Assembly: GCA_963840855.1 (NCBI GenBank)
Contig: CAWJBB010000090.1
Coordinates: 1-37,052, forward strand
Direction of reading: 5' to 3'
Length of the DNA stretch: 37,052 bases
Origin: an uncultured delta proteobacterium
Lineage (GTDB): Bacteria > Desulfobacterota > Binatia > UBA9968
Shown: one piece after another, positions 1 through 10,337 of the stretch
Layout: the number at the start of each line of letters is the position of its first letter
Numbering within the stretch: the stretch's first letter is position 1
Notes under the pieces: generated by a model
What the model was told of the DNA's origin: nothing
Seen by the model: only the letters and a program-made list of their open reading frames with translations
Databases searched by the model: none
Position numbers and translations under genes: made by a program

Positions 1-162
1 GTATAGGAATTTTAAACCACCTTTTTTTCTGGCCCGAGCAATATCGCCGGACCGGTGGGATGTCAATCGTCTTTCTGTTTGATGAAAATCCCGATGTTGC
101 TTCGGCCGGCTCGGGCGGCGCAGCGGTCGGAGGCGCGCGAAGTGTGCCGGATCACGCCGCTC

Positions 163-460
163 GCTCCCTTAGAGCGTCTCTTAGCTTGCCCCCAGGCTAA
201 TCCTGCCAAGCTCCTAGGTCTCAAAAGGCTCAGAGAGACTACCGATCCCTTTGCAGCTGGCCAAGATCATCGAGCAAAAACTCGAGCGGATCTACCAACT
301 CGCCAACCACCGTGTTAGCCCAAGGCCCTGAAATCCCACAGCCAACTCTCAACCCTTAACTCGTGCAGAACGGCAAGCAGTGCTGGAGATCTCTGAACTC
401 TTGGGCATCAACGTGCGTATTGGAAATCAAAAAACTAACCAACGCAGGGTTACATCTTAA
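163..460 (+). pseudogene. 3' remnant of an integrase-core (IS481/ISNCY-like) transposase
   Basis: Reads PLERLLACPQANPAKLLGLKRLRETTDPF, then after a frameshift at ~253 QLAKIIEQKLERIYQLANHRVSPRP, an in-frame TGA at 329 and NPTANSQPLTRAERQAVLEISELLGINVRIGNQKTNQRRVTS*. This resembles the TP..RLL/DPF.L...I..KL..I C-terminus of DDE integrase-type transposases (recognition from memory). No N-terminal part is present. Confidence 0.5.
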
Positions 461-501
461 ATGAGGCAATGAATACCCGTAGGGTTACATTCTTAGATGA
501 G
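446..501 (+). mobile_element. Putative IS right end with two direct sub-terminal repeats
   Basis: AGGGTTACATCTTAAATGAG (446-465) and AGGGTTACATTCTTAGATGAG (481-501) overlap or follow the remnant's stop codon, like the repeated transposase-binding sites of IS481/IS21-type ends. Confidence 0.5.
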
Positions 502-637
502 CAGCTGCCCGCAACAGGGGTTTACCCATCGCCCGCGCCGGGAGCCCCCGGCAGACCTGGACAATTCCTCCAAGCTTGGATAGTCATCGAAAACATGAGC
601 GTGCCAGGCGCGGCCGTGCCGCGATAGGAGGGAAGAG

Positions 638-1837
638 ATGGCAGCAAGCGAACGGGTTTTAGGTGTTGGCGTAATCGGCCTCGGCGGGGCATCCCTCGCC
701 ATGATCCCAAAGTTTGTCCGGAATCCCAAGTTTCGCATTGCCGCGGCGGCGGATATCGATGCCGAGATCATGGACCGGTTCCGCAAGGACTTTCCGGATG
801 CGGAGTCCTATGACGATGCTGCCAGGCTGTGCGCGAGCCGTAACGTCGACCTGGTCTACATTGCGACGCCGAACCGCTTCCACACCGAACACGCGGCCAT
901 GGCCTTGGAGAGCAAGAAGCACGTTCTCATCGAGAAGCCGATGACGATCGATATCGCGGGAGCCGAGCAGATGATCGCCACTGCGAAGCGCAACGGCGTG
1001 TTGCTGGGGGTCAACGTTAAACACAGCTTCGAGCCGCGCGTGCTGCGCTTGCGCGAGATGACGCGCACCGGCGAACTTGGCAGGCTCCGCATGATCAACA
1101 GCTGGCGTTTCGCCGACTGGCTCTACCGCCCACGCACCGCCGAAGAGCTGACGCCCGAATTCGGCGGCGGCATCTTGTGGCGCCAGGGAGCGCACCACTT
1201 CGACCTCATCAGAACCATCGCCGGCGGAATGGTGCGCAGCCTGCGCGGCAGCGCTGACATCTGGGACCCGAACCGGCGCGTCCCCGGCTGCTACGCCGCG
1301 TACCTCGATTTCGAAGATGGGACAGTGGCCAGCGCCGTCTGCAGCGGGTACGACCACTTTGACTCCATGGAGTTTGTGCGACCGGGGTTTTCGGTTGATC
1401 CCGCAAACCACGCCAAGGCGCGGCGCGAATTGCGCGCGGCGCCCGACGTCGATTGGGAGGAGCGGGCCGCGCGCGCGGAACGCTACGGCGGCGCGCGCAC
1501 GAGGACCAACGAGCCCCCGCCGGCACAGCCGTCTTTGGGGTGGATTATGGGCGGGCCGTTGATCGCAAGCTTCGATAAGGGAGACGTGCGCATGACTCCC
1601 GGCGGTCTCACGGTGTATGGCGACGACGAGTTACACGAGATCAAGCTCGGCGTCAAAGGGGAGGACGGGCGCGACGGACGGATCAACACATTCTACGATG
1701 CGATCGTGCGCGACCGGCCGCTGCCCGCCGACGGCGCTTGGGGAATGGCCACCCTGGAAGTGATCCTGGCGATCGAAGAGTCCAGCAGGACGCGTAAGGA
1801 AGCCTTTCTCCGGCACCAGGTACCGACGATCGACTAG
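638..1837 (+). CDS. Gfo/Idh/MocA oxidoreductase, phthalate 4,5-cis-dihydrodiol dehydrogenase (OphB/Pht4)-like
   Basis: GVIGLG Rossmann motif, ATPNRFH, EKPM, and OphB-like LYRPR..EEL, GGG...Q..H..D, WDPNR, SGYDHFDS motifs. RBS AGGAGG upstream. Confidence 0.85.
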   Translation: MAASERVLGVGVIGLGGASLAMIPKFVRNPKFRIAAAADIDAEIMDRFRKDFPDAESYDDAARLCASRNVDLVYIATPNRFHTEHAAMALESKKHVLIEKPMTIDIAGAEQMIATAKRNGVLLGVNVKHSFEPRVLRLREMTRTGELGRLRMINSWRFADWLYRPRTAEELTPEFGGGILWRQGAHHFDLIRTIAGGMVRSLRGSADIWDPNRRVPGCYAAYLDFEDGTVASAVCSGYDHFDSMEFVRPGFSVDPANHAKARRELRAAPDVDWEERAARAERYGGARTRTNEPPPAQPSLGWIMGGPLIASFDKGDVRMTPGGLTVYGDDELHEIKLGVKGEDGRDGRINTFYDAIVRDRPLPADGAWGMATLEVILAIEESSRTRKEAFLRHQVPTID

Positions 1838-1870
1838 CGAACAGGCATCCTCGCATCGGCCAAGGCGATT

Positions 1871-1899
1871 TTGCTTCCAGGTCCGCGCCGGTATATCTT
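1871..1899 (+). promoter_or_regulatory. Candidate sigma70 promoter
   Basis: TTGCTT-17 nt-TATCTT upstream of the SBP gene. Confidence 0.35.
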
Positions 1900-1932
1900 A
1901 TGGTCGCGTTTGAGCAATAGGAGATGCACGTC

Positions 1933-2940
1933 ATGCACAAACTACTGGAACCGATTCTCATCGGGCTCACCCTCGTCTTGTGGCTATCCGGGACCGCCGG
2001 CGCACAAACGGATACCGTCCGCGTCGTATATTATCCACCGTGGAACATCAGCAAGCTGCCGATGTACCTCGCCCGCGATATGGGAATTTTCGAGCGCAAC
2101 GGCTTGAAAATCGCCTGGACGGATCCCGGCTCCAATGACAAATCGGTCGCCGCGTTGAAAAAAGGCGAGGCCGACATCGCCGTGGTGAGCTCCAACCAAG
2201 CCATTGTAAACATGGCGACCGGCGGCACGCCGATGACTTTCGTCGGCAACACCGGCCACAACTTTTCCGTCTTTCTCACCGCGGCTTCGATCAAAAGCGC
2301 CGCCGAATTAAAAGGCAAGAAGATCGGCACCGCCCCGCCCGGCCACACCCCCGACCAGTTGACCCGCGTGGCGTTGCGGAGACTCGGCATTGATCCCGAG
2401 AAAGACGTGACCCTGGTGCCCTTCGACGAAGATCGCAACGTCGAACGAATGAAGAGTCTCCTCACCGGGCAGGTGTCCGGCATGATGGTCACCGCGAATG
2501 CGCTTTATGATCTGGAAAAAACCGGCCAGATCGACCGCTTCAACAAGCTCACCGATAACAAGCAATTGAAAATCTACGCCGGTGGCGGCGCCGACTACGC
2601 GGTGGCAACGGCATTTCTACAAAGTCGCCGCGACGACGTGAAGAAATTCATGGCCGGGATCTGCGAAGGCATCGCTATGGCAAGAAAAGACAAAGCAAAA
2701 GCGTTGGCGTTTGTCGCCAAGAGCGGGCGAGACCTGGAGCCGGCTAAGATCGAGTATCTCTATAAGCTCTACATCACCGACGTAATTCCGGCGCGACCGC
2801 ATCTAAAAATCGAAGGGATCGAGCTTGGCATCCAGATGGCTGGATTGATGACTCCTTCGGCACGAGCGCTGAAGGCGCAAGAACTAGTCGACGCCGCCCT
2901 GGTGCCGGAACTTGAAAAGGAAGGGCGCTGCAATTTCTAG
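1933..2940 (+). CDS. ABC substrate-binding protein, NMT1/THI5/SsuA (TauA) family
   Basis: Signal peptide (..GTAGA), A.D.G.F.+.GL motif, IKSAAELKGKKIG motif. ATG 1933 fits the AGGAG spacing better than 1924. Confidence 0.85.
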   Translation: MHKLLEPILIGLTLVLWLSGTAGAQTDTVRVVYYPPWNISKLPMYLARDMGIFERNGLKIAWTDPGSNDKSVAALKKGEADIAVVSSNQAIVNMATGGTPMTFVGNTGHNFSVFLTAASIKSAAELKGKKIGTAPPGHTPDQLTRVALRRLGIDPEKDVTLVPFDEDRNVERMKSLLTGQVSGMMVTANALYDLEKTGQIDRFNKLTDNKQLKIYAGGGADYAVATAFLQSRRDDVKKFMAGICEGIAMARKDKAKALAFVAKSGRDLEPAKIEYLYKLYITDVIPARPHLKIEGIELGIQMAGLMTPSARALKAQELVDAALVPELEKEGRCNF

Positions 2941-2953
2941 GACCGGCTCTTAG

Positions 2954-2982
2954 TGCGATTGACGACTCGCTGGCTTAGCGAT
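2954..2982 (+). promoter_or_regulatory. 29-bp duplicated promoter element, copy 1
   Basis: TGCGATTGACGACTCGCTGGCTTAGCGAT, identical to 4340-4368. Contains TTGACG, with TAGCCT 17 nt downstream. Confidence 0.6.
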
Positions 2983-3030
2983 AGCCTGAGCGCCGCGCCG
3001 GACCTGAAACTCACCCGGAAGAGGAAAACA

Positions 3031-4135
3031 ATGACGCAATCCAATCCATTACGCGTAGGGCTTATCGGAGCAGGCGGCAGATGGGGGCCGCGTGCGCATG
3101 TGCCGGCGCTGAAGGGCGTGTCCGAGGCCGAGCTCTATGCCGTATGCACGGCGCATGCGGAAACCGCGCAGGCGGCGGCCGATAAGTTCGGCGTGACGGG
3201 CGCGTACGGCAACGACAAAGCGTTGGCCGCCGATCGGGAGGTCGAAGCCGTGGTGGTCGCGGTGCGCGTGCCGGCGCACTATGAGCTTAGCAAAAACGCC
3301 ATCGAAGCGGGCAAGCACGTCTACTGCGAATGGCCCCTCGGCGCGAATACCAAAGAGGCCGAAGAACTCGCGGCGCTGGCGCGCAAGAAAAACGTGCGCA
3401 CCATGGCCGGCTTGCAGCGCCGCGCGTCGCCAGCTTATCTGTACATGCGCGAGCTGATCCAGCAAGGTTACGTCGGACAGGTGCTATCGGTGAACATGAC
3501 GCTGATGAACAGCGGCGTGTTGACCCGCCCCTCGGATCGCACCTGGCAGCGCGATGTGACCTTGGGCGCGAACACGCTCACGATTACGTTCGGGCACGTG
3601 CTCGACGCCATGTGCATGGTGGTCGGCGAGCTGACCGAAGTGTCCGCGATCGTCGGCACGCAGGTGCCGCAGTGGTTCGAGACCGACACGAAAAAATACG
3701 TGGATGTCACCTCGCCCGACAACATCGTGGTTCAGGGTCGGCTCGAAAACGGCGCCATCGTCAATGCCTGTTGCGGCGTACATCCGTACCACGGCAGCGG
3801 CCACCGCTTCGAGATTTACGGCAGGGATGGCACGTTGTCGATGATCGGCGGCGGCGAGGGCGGCGAGGAACTCCGGCGCAAGATCATGGGGGGACACAAA
3901 GACGACAAGGCGCTGCAAGAGTTGCCCGTGCCGGAGCGATTCAAGTGGGTGCCGGAAGCCCTGCGCAACGGTCCCGCGTACGACGTGGGCCAGATGTGGG
4001 TCAAGTTTGCCGAAGGGATACGCACCGGCTCGAACATTCGAGCCCGACTTCGATCACGCGGTGCGCCGCCACCGAATGTTGGATACGATCGTGCGCGCTT
4101 CACAGACGGGGCAACGGCAGAAAGTTGTATTGTAA
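3031..4135 (+). CDS. Gfo/Idh/MocA oxidoreductase (GAL80-like subfamily), +1 frameshift at ~4038
   Basis: VGLIGAGG, VRVPAH, CEWPLG motifs. The normal C-terminus EPDFDHAVRRHRMLDTIVRASQTGQRQKVVL* lies in another frame after AACATTCGAG and stops at 4133-4135. Confidence 0.85.
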
Positions 4136-4146
4136 GCCTAACGGCC

Positions 4147-4260
4147 GTTCAAAGTTCAAGGTTCCAAACGTTCAAAGTCAGAATCGCTGCGTTCAGTGCT
4201 TTGCTGGGTTCAAATCGTTCAAGCCGTTCAATCGCTCCGCTCGCGTTCAAAACGTTCAAA
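4147..4260. repeat. GTTCAA-unit intergenic repeat
   Basis: About 9-10 GTTCAA/GTTCCAA-like units. The segment 4209-4260 is similar to 5879-5929. Confidence 0.7.
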
Positions 4261-4339
4261 TTGCTTGTCTCAGTTAATGCGGCCCGTTCCGGCGGTTTCC
4301 CTTCCCTGACTGTCCAATTTTCATCAAGCACTTATCGAT

Positions 4340-4368
4340 TGCGATTGACGACTCGCTGGCTTAGCGAT
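4340..4368 (+). promoter_or_regulatory. 29-bp duplicated promoter element, copy 2
   Basis: Identical to 2954-2982. TTGACG is followed by TTATAG/TATAGA at 17-18 nt. Confidence 0.6.
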
Positions 4369-4404
4369 TATAGAGAAAGTAGATTAGCCAGAGGAGTGGT
4401 GACC

Positions 4405-5869
4405 ATGGAAAATCGAGCCGCAGAGATCCACGACGAACTGAAGCACCCGGTGATCGACGGCGACGGCCACTGGATGGAGCCGATTCCGGTCTTCCTCGAG
4501 TACCTCCGCGAAGTGGGCGGCGCTGGATCCGTCGATCAGATGAGAGCGCTCTGGCGCCGCAATCAAGCGTGGTACCGGGCCACCTGGCCGGAACGCCAGC
4601 ACAATCGCCTGCGCCGCACCATCTGGTGGGGCGTGACCAGCAATACGCTCGACAAGGCAACGGCGCTGCTGCCGGCCTTGCTGAACGAGCGCCTGCCCGA
4701 ATTGGGCATCGACTTCGCGCTGATCTATCCGAGCTTCGGGCTCACCATCAACGGCATTGCCCAGGATGAACTGCAGCGGGCCGCAGCCCGTGCCTACAAC
4801 ATGATGACGGCTGACATGTTCGCGCCGTTTGCCGCAAGGTTTGCGCCGGTAGCCATCCTGCCCGCCCGTACGCCGGACGAAGCTATTGAGGAGCTGGAAT
4901 ACGCGGTCAAGCGGCTGGGTTTCAAAGCGATCATGCTGCGCGGAAACCAGGAGCGACCGATCCCAGGCGCGGCGGAAGGAATCAATGACCCGCAGAAGGC
5001 CGCCTGGTACTGCGATACCATCGCCCTCGACAGCCCCTATGACTACGACCCGTTCTGGCAGCGCTGCGTCGACCTCGGCGTGGCGGTGACCCAACACTCA
5101 GGCAGCGTCCGCTGGTCAGGATCGCGCCTCCATCAGCAACTTCACCTACAACCACGTCGGCCACTTCGCCGAATCGAACCACGCCTTCGCGCGGGGCGTT
5201 TTCCTGGGCGGTCTCGTGCGCCGCTACCCAAGCCTCAATTTCGGGTTCATGGAAGGCGGAGTGAGCTGGGCCTGTCAGATGTGCGCCGACTTGATCGAAC
5301 ACTGGGAGAAGCGCCGCCGCGCCGGGCTGCAGTACCCGAGCGCAACCAAGGTCGCCGAGATGCATCAGCTTATCGACCGGTATGGCGATCAAAGACTGAA
5401 AGCCAACGCCGACGCGATCATGAACAGCCTGGACGCATTCCGCCCGGAGTGCAGTCTTGAAGAGCTCGGGCGGCCTGAGCATGTCTCGGACGATTTTGAA
5501 GCGGCGGGAATTAACTCAAAAGAGGATGTCCGGGCAGTCTTCTCCGGCAACTTCTACTTTGGCTGCGAGGCGGACGACCGGGCAACGATGTGGGCCTTCG
5601 ATCCCCGTATGGGCGTCCGGCTTCGGCCGGTCTTCAGCTCCGACTTCACGCATTTCGACGTGCCCGATTTCAGGGAGGTGATTCCTGAAGCGTTTGAGAT
5701 GGTGGAGAAGGGCTTCGTGACGGAGCAGGATTTCCGGGAGTTCACGTTCACCAACGCCGCGCGTCTGCACACGCGCAACAACCCGGGCTTCTTCAAGGGC
5801 ACCGTCATCGAGCAAGCGGTGGCCAATGAGCTTGGACTGAAGACGCCGTTGGCAGCAGCGAAAGCCTGA
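4405..5869 (+). CDS. Amidohydrolase family protein (Amidohydro_2-like), +1 frameshift at ~5117
   Basis: VIDGDGH, AYN...A, EAIEELE, YDPFWQRC.DL, TQH. After the shift DRASISNFTYNHVGHFA..GGLVRRYPSLNFGFMEGG..W, FYFGCEADD, FSSDFTHFD. RBS GAGGAG. Confidence 0.85.
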
Positions 5870-5877
5870 AGTGCGAG

Positions 5878-5992
5878 CGTTCAAATCGTTCCAATAGTTC
5901 AATCGCTTCGCTCCGTTCAAGTCGTTTGACGGCCGTGTTCGTGGAGCGTGCTCGTGATCGGACGAACACGAGCCACGAACACGAATCACGAA
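5878..5992. repeat. GTTCAA repeat plus CACGA/TCGTG palindromic repeat
   Basis: GTTCAA units at 5879-5929, then CGTGCTCGTGATCGGACGAACACGAGCCACGAACAC (5947-5982), whose reverse complement recurs at 23888-23962. Confidence 0.7.
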
Positions 5993-6064
5993 ACCGCGCG
6001 CCGGACGCAACGTGTTGAACTAGCAGTCGATCTCCCGGAATCAAACAAGCTCTGGAGAAACATC

Positions 6065-7081
6065 ATGAAGACGTTGGCGCGATCCTTTTTCGTCGTCCTG
6101 TTTTCAGGCTTGTTTCCGACTGCCGCTTGGTCGCAAGGAGGCGTGGATTCAAAGCTGATAGAAGGCGCAAAAAAGGAAAAGCGTCTAGTCCATTGGACGA
6201 CGATGACCTTAAGCCAGAGCAAGCAGGTCGTGGATGCCTTTCAAAAGAAATATCCTTTTATTGAGATGGATCTGTTTCGCACCGGCGGTGACGCCATGCT
6301 CAATAAAATCTTCAGCGAGGATCGCGCCGGCAGGCACGTATGGGATGTGATCCTTACGCGAGGAGACATGTTTCTCCCCTTAATGAAGAGAAATCTCCTG
6401 GCTACTTATCGCTCTCCCGAGACTAAGAAAATTCCCGCGGATCTCTTCGACAAGAACGGCTATTGGACCGGGTATTACGTCAACCCCTACACCTTGGGCT
6501 ACAACACCAAGTGGGTCAAGAAAGAAGAGGTGCCCAAGACCTATGAGGAGCTGCTTAGCCCTAAATGGAAAGGGCAAAAGATATCCGTTGATAATACCTC
6601 TTATAACCTGCTTGCCGGCCTCATCACCGCCTGGGGCAAGGACAAGGCGATTACTTACCTCAAGAAACTCGCCGCCCAGGAGCCATCCGTCATGCGCGGC
6701 GATAGCAACAGAGTCCAGCTCGCCGCGGCCGGAGAATTTCCGCTGATTATTTCCTTTGCGCCGATTATTCAGCGGGCGACTTCCGAGGGTGCGCCCATCG
6801 ACTGGGTTCCTCTCGAGCCGGTTCCAGTGCAAGTCAATCCTCTGTTGCTTGGAGCGAAGTCTGCTCATCCAAACGCGGCCAAACTTTTCATAGACTTCGT
6901 GCTTTCCGAAGAGGGACAAAGACAGCTGGTTGGCTTGAGTCGCATACCGGTGCGTGAAGATGTGAAACCGCAGCCCGCCCGACTATTCGGTGGATACAAG
7001 CGGATCGTGGAAAACCCCGAAGGGTATGAAAATTTCTCCGAGGTCATAAGACTCTATCAAGAGATCTTCAACGTCCGCTGA
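6065..7081 (+). CDS. Extracellular solute-binding protein (AfuA/family 1-like)
   Basis: Signal peptide, LIEGAKKE..L, FQKKYPFI, PKTYEELLSPKWKG, AHPNAAKLFIDFVLSEEGQ. RBS GGAG. Confidence 0.88.
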   Translation: MKTLARSFFVVLFSGLFPTAAWSQGGVDSKLIEGAKKEKRLVHWTTMTLSQSKQVVDAFQKKYPFIEMDLFRTGGDAMLNKIFSEDRAGRHVWDVILTRGDMFLPLMKRNLLATYRSPETKKIPADLFDKNGYWTGYYVNPYTLGYNTKWVKKEEVPKTYEELLSPKWKGQKISVDNTSYNLLAGLITAWGKDKAITYLKKLAAQEPSVMRGDSNRVQLAAAGEFPLIISFAPIIQRATSEGAPIDWVPLEPVPVQVNPLLLGAKSAHPNAAKLFIDFVLSEEGQRQLVGLSRIPVREDVKPQPARLFGGYKRIVENPEGYENFSEVIRLYQEIFNVR

Positions 7082-7118
7082 TTGCGGGACAGCTTCCAAT
7101 CGTCGAGATGAGAGCTGC

Positions 7119-8542
7119 ATGACCACTGTTATTCACCACACCACGATCGTAACCGGCGATCGCGACCCGTCCATTCACTTCACTGCCGCCATTGCTATCG
7201 AAGACAACCTCATCGCGGCTATTGGTCCGAGCGATGAGGTCATGGCGCGTTTTCCGAATGCAGAGGTCGTCGATGGGCGGGGCAAGCTGGTCATGCCCGG
7301 CTTCGCCAACTGTCACACGCACTTTGTCAGAATCCTTGCGCGCGGAATTTTCGAAGATCAAAACGCTCCTAACCGGCCCCCGTTCACCCGCAAAGGACGG
7401 GTTCCATTTCCGCCGCTGAGCCCGGAACAACGCGCGGCCATGGCCCGCCTTGGCGTGCTTGAGGCTCTGCGCAGCGGCACCACCGCCGCCATGGATATCA
7501 CGAACAACATCCAGGATTACGCTGAAGCCATCGTCGCGACGGGACTCCGCCTTGTCTTGGCCGAGCAAGTATCGACCGGGCTAAAGGAGTTCGCGTCGGC
7601 GAGCCCGGCGTTTTCGAGGCCGACCCGGAACTCGCCGACAAGGGCTTACAGCGGATTGCCGATCTGCACGCCAAGTGGCACGGCGCGGGAAACGGCCTCG
7701 TCACCGTGGCGGTTGCCGCGCACGCTCCGGACATGGTCTCCCCCGCGCTCTTGCAAGCGCTGCGCGACTTGCGAGAAAAACTCGACACCATCGCCACCAT
7801 CCACCTGAATCAGTATTGGGGCGAAGTAGAAGTGATCAAGAACAGCTACGGAATGCTTCCCACCGAATACTTGGCCCGTTATGGGTTTCTCCATGACCGG
7901 CTCGTTGCAGCTCACTGCCGGTGCATGGCCCCGGAAGAAGAAAAAATTCTCGGGGCGTCAAGGGCTTTCGTCAGCTTCAATCCGGTGGTCGCGGCGCGTT
8001 CGGGGAACAGTCCGCGCATCACTGATTTGGAGGCCTACGGTTGCAGGATCGCTCTGGGCAGCGACGAATTCACCGAGGACATGGTGCAGGTGTTGCGCTG
8101 CGCAGTGCTGATCGAGCGGTCGCGTCTGAAAGACGGTGACCGGCCGAGACCTGAAGAGGCAATGCTTTGGGGGACGGTTAACGGCTACCGCGCCCTGAAC
8201 CTAAAAGGCTGCGGATTTCTGCGGGTCGGCAGCAAGGCGGACTTGATCGTCGTAAGCACTAGACACGCTCATCTGGTTCCGGCGCTGCGGCCCGTCGCCG
8301 TTTTCGTGTACCAAGGACAGGCCCGCGACGTGGAATCGGTGATGGTCGACGGACGCTGGCTGATGCGAGATGGCAAAGTGCTGGCAATGGACGAGGAACA
8401 AGTCATTCGTGAAGCGGATCGCGTGAGCCGGGAAAGCTGGCTCCGTTACTTCAAGGATCATCCCGACTTGGAGATGCCCGACGGCTTCGACACCGGTTTT
8501 ACCGGTTTAGCGGGACGTCCAGATTATCCGCAAACAGGCTGA
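7119..8542 (+). CDS. Metal-dependent amidohydrolase (SsnA/MtaD/AtzA-like), -1 frameshift at ~7572
   Basis: DGRGKLVMPGFANCHTH, LRSGTT. After the shift DRAKGVRVGEPGVF..WHG..AHAPD, IHLNQ, AAHC, ALGSD, GSKADL, VMVDGR. Confidence 0.85.
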
Positions 8543-8597
8543 GCTGAGCTCGCTAACAACTTGGAGAAGAGCGACGAATCCCCTAGGGAGATGAACC

Positions 8598-8792
8598 ATG
8601 GCAGATGACACTCATCAACCATCCGAGGAGGAAGTCACCCTGATGCTAAAGCGAGCGGGTCTCACGATCCCGCTCGAGCAGTTGGAGCGGTGTTGCGCTG
8701 TGGTCGCACGACTTGAGGCAGCGGCGCGCCGGCTGCGAAAGGATCTCAAACGCGCCGACGAACCGGCCAGTGTTTTTCCTAGCCGGAGATAG
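8598..8792 (+). CDS. Small amidase-associated protein (AtzG/GatC-like)
   Basis: 64 aa with RAGL.IP and C-terminal EPASVF, RBS GGGAG, 5 nt upstream of an amidase. Confidence 0.65.
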   Translation: MADDTHQPSEEEVTLMLKRAGLTIPLEQLERCCAVVARLEAAARRLRKDLKRADEPASVFPSRR

Positions 8793-8797
8793 AAACC

Positions 8798-10294
8798 ATG
8801 ACTGGCGAACTCTGCTACCTATCCATCGCTGAAACCGGGCCGCTCTTGAAATCAAAGCAATTGTCGCCGGTGGAATTAACCAACGCTTTCCTTGGCCGCA
8901 TCGAAGGAATCGACTCGCGGATTCATAGTTTTGTCTTGGTTACTCCCGAAGAAGCGCTGCGCCAGGCCAAGGCAGTCGAGATGGAAATTTCCTCAGGCCG
9001 GTACCGGGGCCCAATGCACGGCATACCGATCGGTCTGAAAGACCTAATCGAAACTGAGGGCATACGAACGACGGCCCATTCGAAGGTTCTCATCGATCAT
9101 ATTCCCTCCGAGGATGCGACGGTCGTCAGCCGCCTTAAAGAGGCGGGCAGCATTCTATTGGGAAAGCTCGGTTGTCTGGAGTTTGCTCATGGCAGTCCGT
9201 CTCCGGATCAGGCGTGGCCGCCCGTACGGAACCCCTGGAACCCGGAGCATGGCTTCACCGGCGGTTCGAGCACTGGTTCGGCCACCGCAGTGGCAGCCGG
9301 ACTGGTGATGGGAGCGCTGGGGACCGACACCGGCGGATCGATTCGCAACCCGGCTTCCTTCTGCGGCATCGCCGGGCTCATGCCGACCTATGGAAGGGTC
9401 AGCCGAAAAGGTGTGATCCCTTACTCTTTCTCCCTCGATCACTGCGGGCCCATGGCTTGGACTGCTGAAGACTGCGCGATCATGCTCCAGGCGATTGCCG
9501 GCTATGATCCGGACGATTTCGGCAGCGCCGATGTTCCGGTACCCGATTATACCGCCGCCTTGAACGCCGGAATTCGCGGCATGCGGATCGGTGTTATCCG
9601 TCATTTCTATGAATCGCACCTGCCTCCCGAAGATGAAATGCGGCTCGCATTCGAAGCAGCGTTAAAAGAACTTACGAAACTTGGCGCGGTGCTCGAAGAA
9701 GTGAAACTCCGAGAACTGGAAGATTACGACGACTGCAAGGTGATTATTTCCGAGGCGGAATTTTTTGCCGTCCACGAAAAGGATCTGCTCGAAAGATTTC
9801 AAGATTACGGTGCCAACCTGCGCTTTCGCGCCGTCCCGGGCGGGCTCATCCGGGCGGTCGACTACATCCAGGCTCAACGTCAGCGCCGCAAGTTGGTCGC
9901 TGAAATGCAGACGCTATTCGCGGGCTATGACGCCATGGTGACGCTTTGCACCTACGGTCCGGCGCCGAAAGTGAGCACGGACGAACCGACCCATTTTTTT
10001 CAGCGGCCAAACCTGACCGCGGTCTTCAATGTGACCGGCAACCCCGCGATTTCCATATGCACTGGATTTGATCGGATAGGCCTGCCGCTCGCCATGCAAA
10101 TCGTCGGCAGACCCTTCGATGAAGCAACGATCCTGCGCATCGCGCATGCCTATGAGCAAGCAACGCCGTGGCGCCGTCTCCGTCCGTCCCTGGAAGCGAC
10201 TGTAGTCGGAAGGCGAGAACTCAGCGAGTGTCAAGGGCTATTAGGCAAAGTTCAAGGTTTAAGGTCCGAAGAAAACGAAACGTTGAACCTGTAA
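8798..10294 (+). CDS. Amidase signature enzyme (AtzE/GatA-like)
   Basis: [12 protein letters not shown] (Lys), [19 protein letters not shown] (Ser-cisSer-Lys triad), [10 protein letters not shown]. Confidence 0.92.
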   Translation: MTGELCYLSIAETGPLLKSKQLSPVELTNAFLGRIEGIDSRIHSFVLVTPEEALRQAKAVEMEISSGRYRGPMHGIPIGLKDLIETEGIRTTAHSKVLIDHIPSEDATVVSRLKEAGSILLGKLGCLEFAHGSPSPDQAWPPVRNPWNPEHGFTGGSSTGSATAVAAGLVMGALGTDTGGSIRNPASFCGIAGLMPTYGRVSRKGVIPYSFSLDHCGPMAWTAEDCAIMLQAIAGYDPDDFGSADVPVPDYTAALNAGIRGMRIGVIRHFYESHLPPEDEMRLAFEAALKELTKLGAVLEEVKLRELEDYDDCKVIISEAEFFAVHEKDLLERFQDYGANLRFRAVPGGLIRAVDYIQAQRQRRKLVAEMQTLFAGYDAMVTLCTYGPAPKVSTDEPTHFFQRPNLTAVFNVTGNPAISICTGFDRIGLPLAMQIVGRPFDEATILRIAHAYEQATPWRRLRPSLEATVVGRRELSECQGLLGKVQGLRSEENETLNL

Positions 10295-10309
10295 CATTGA
10301 ACCTTGAAC
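10250..10309. repeat. GTTCAAG/TTGAAC heptamer inverted repeat (hairpin)
   Basis: GTTCAAGGTTTAAGGT ... ACATTGAACCTTGAAC, 14/16 complementary, between convergent genes. Confidence 0.65.
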
Positions 10310-10337
10310 GCCCTGTACCTTCGCTCCTCCGCATCCC

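Noticed and set aside
329-331. In-frame TGA as selenocysteine or readthrough
   Set aside because: It lies in a truncated, frameshifted transposase remnant, with no redox motif or evident SECIS.
4147-4260. GTTCAA repeats as a CRISPR array
   Set aside because: Units are 6-9 nt and degenerate, with no 25-45-nt constant repeats, unique spacers or cas genes.
2953-5460. 835-aa ORF suggesting a dehydrogenase-amidohydrolase fusion
   Set aside because: Artefact of the +1 indel at ~4038. The linker translates the GTTCAA repeat, the dehydrogenase has its own stop at 4135, and the amidohydrolase has its own promoter copy, RBS and ATG at 4405.
8598-10294. gatC-gatA of the tRNA amidotransferase
   Set aside because: No gatB follows, the small protein is too short and divergent, and the context is catabolic.
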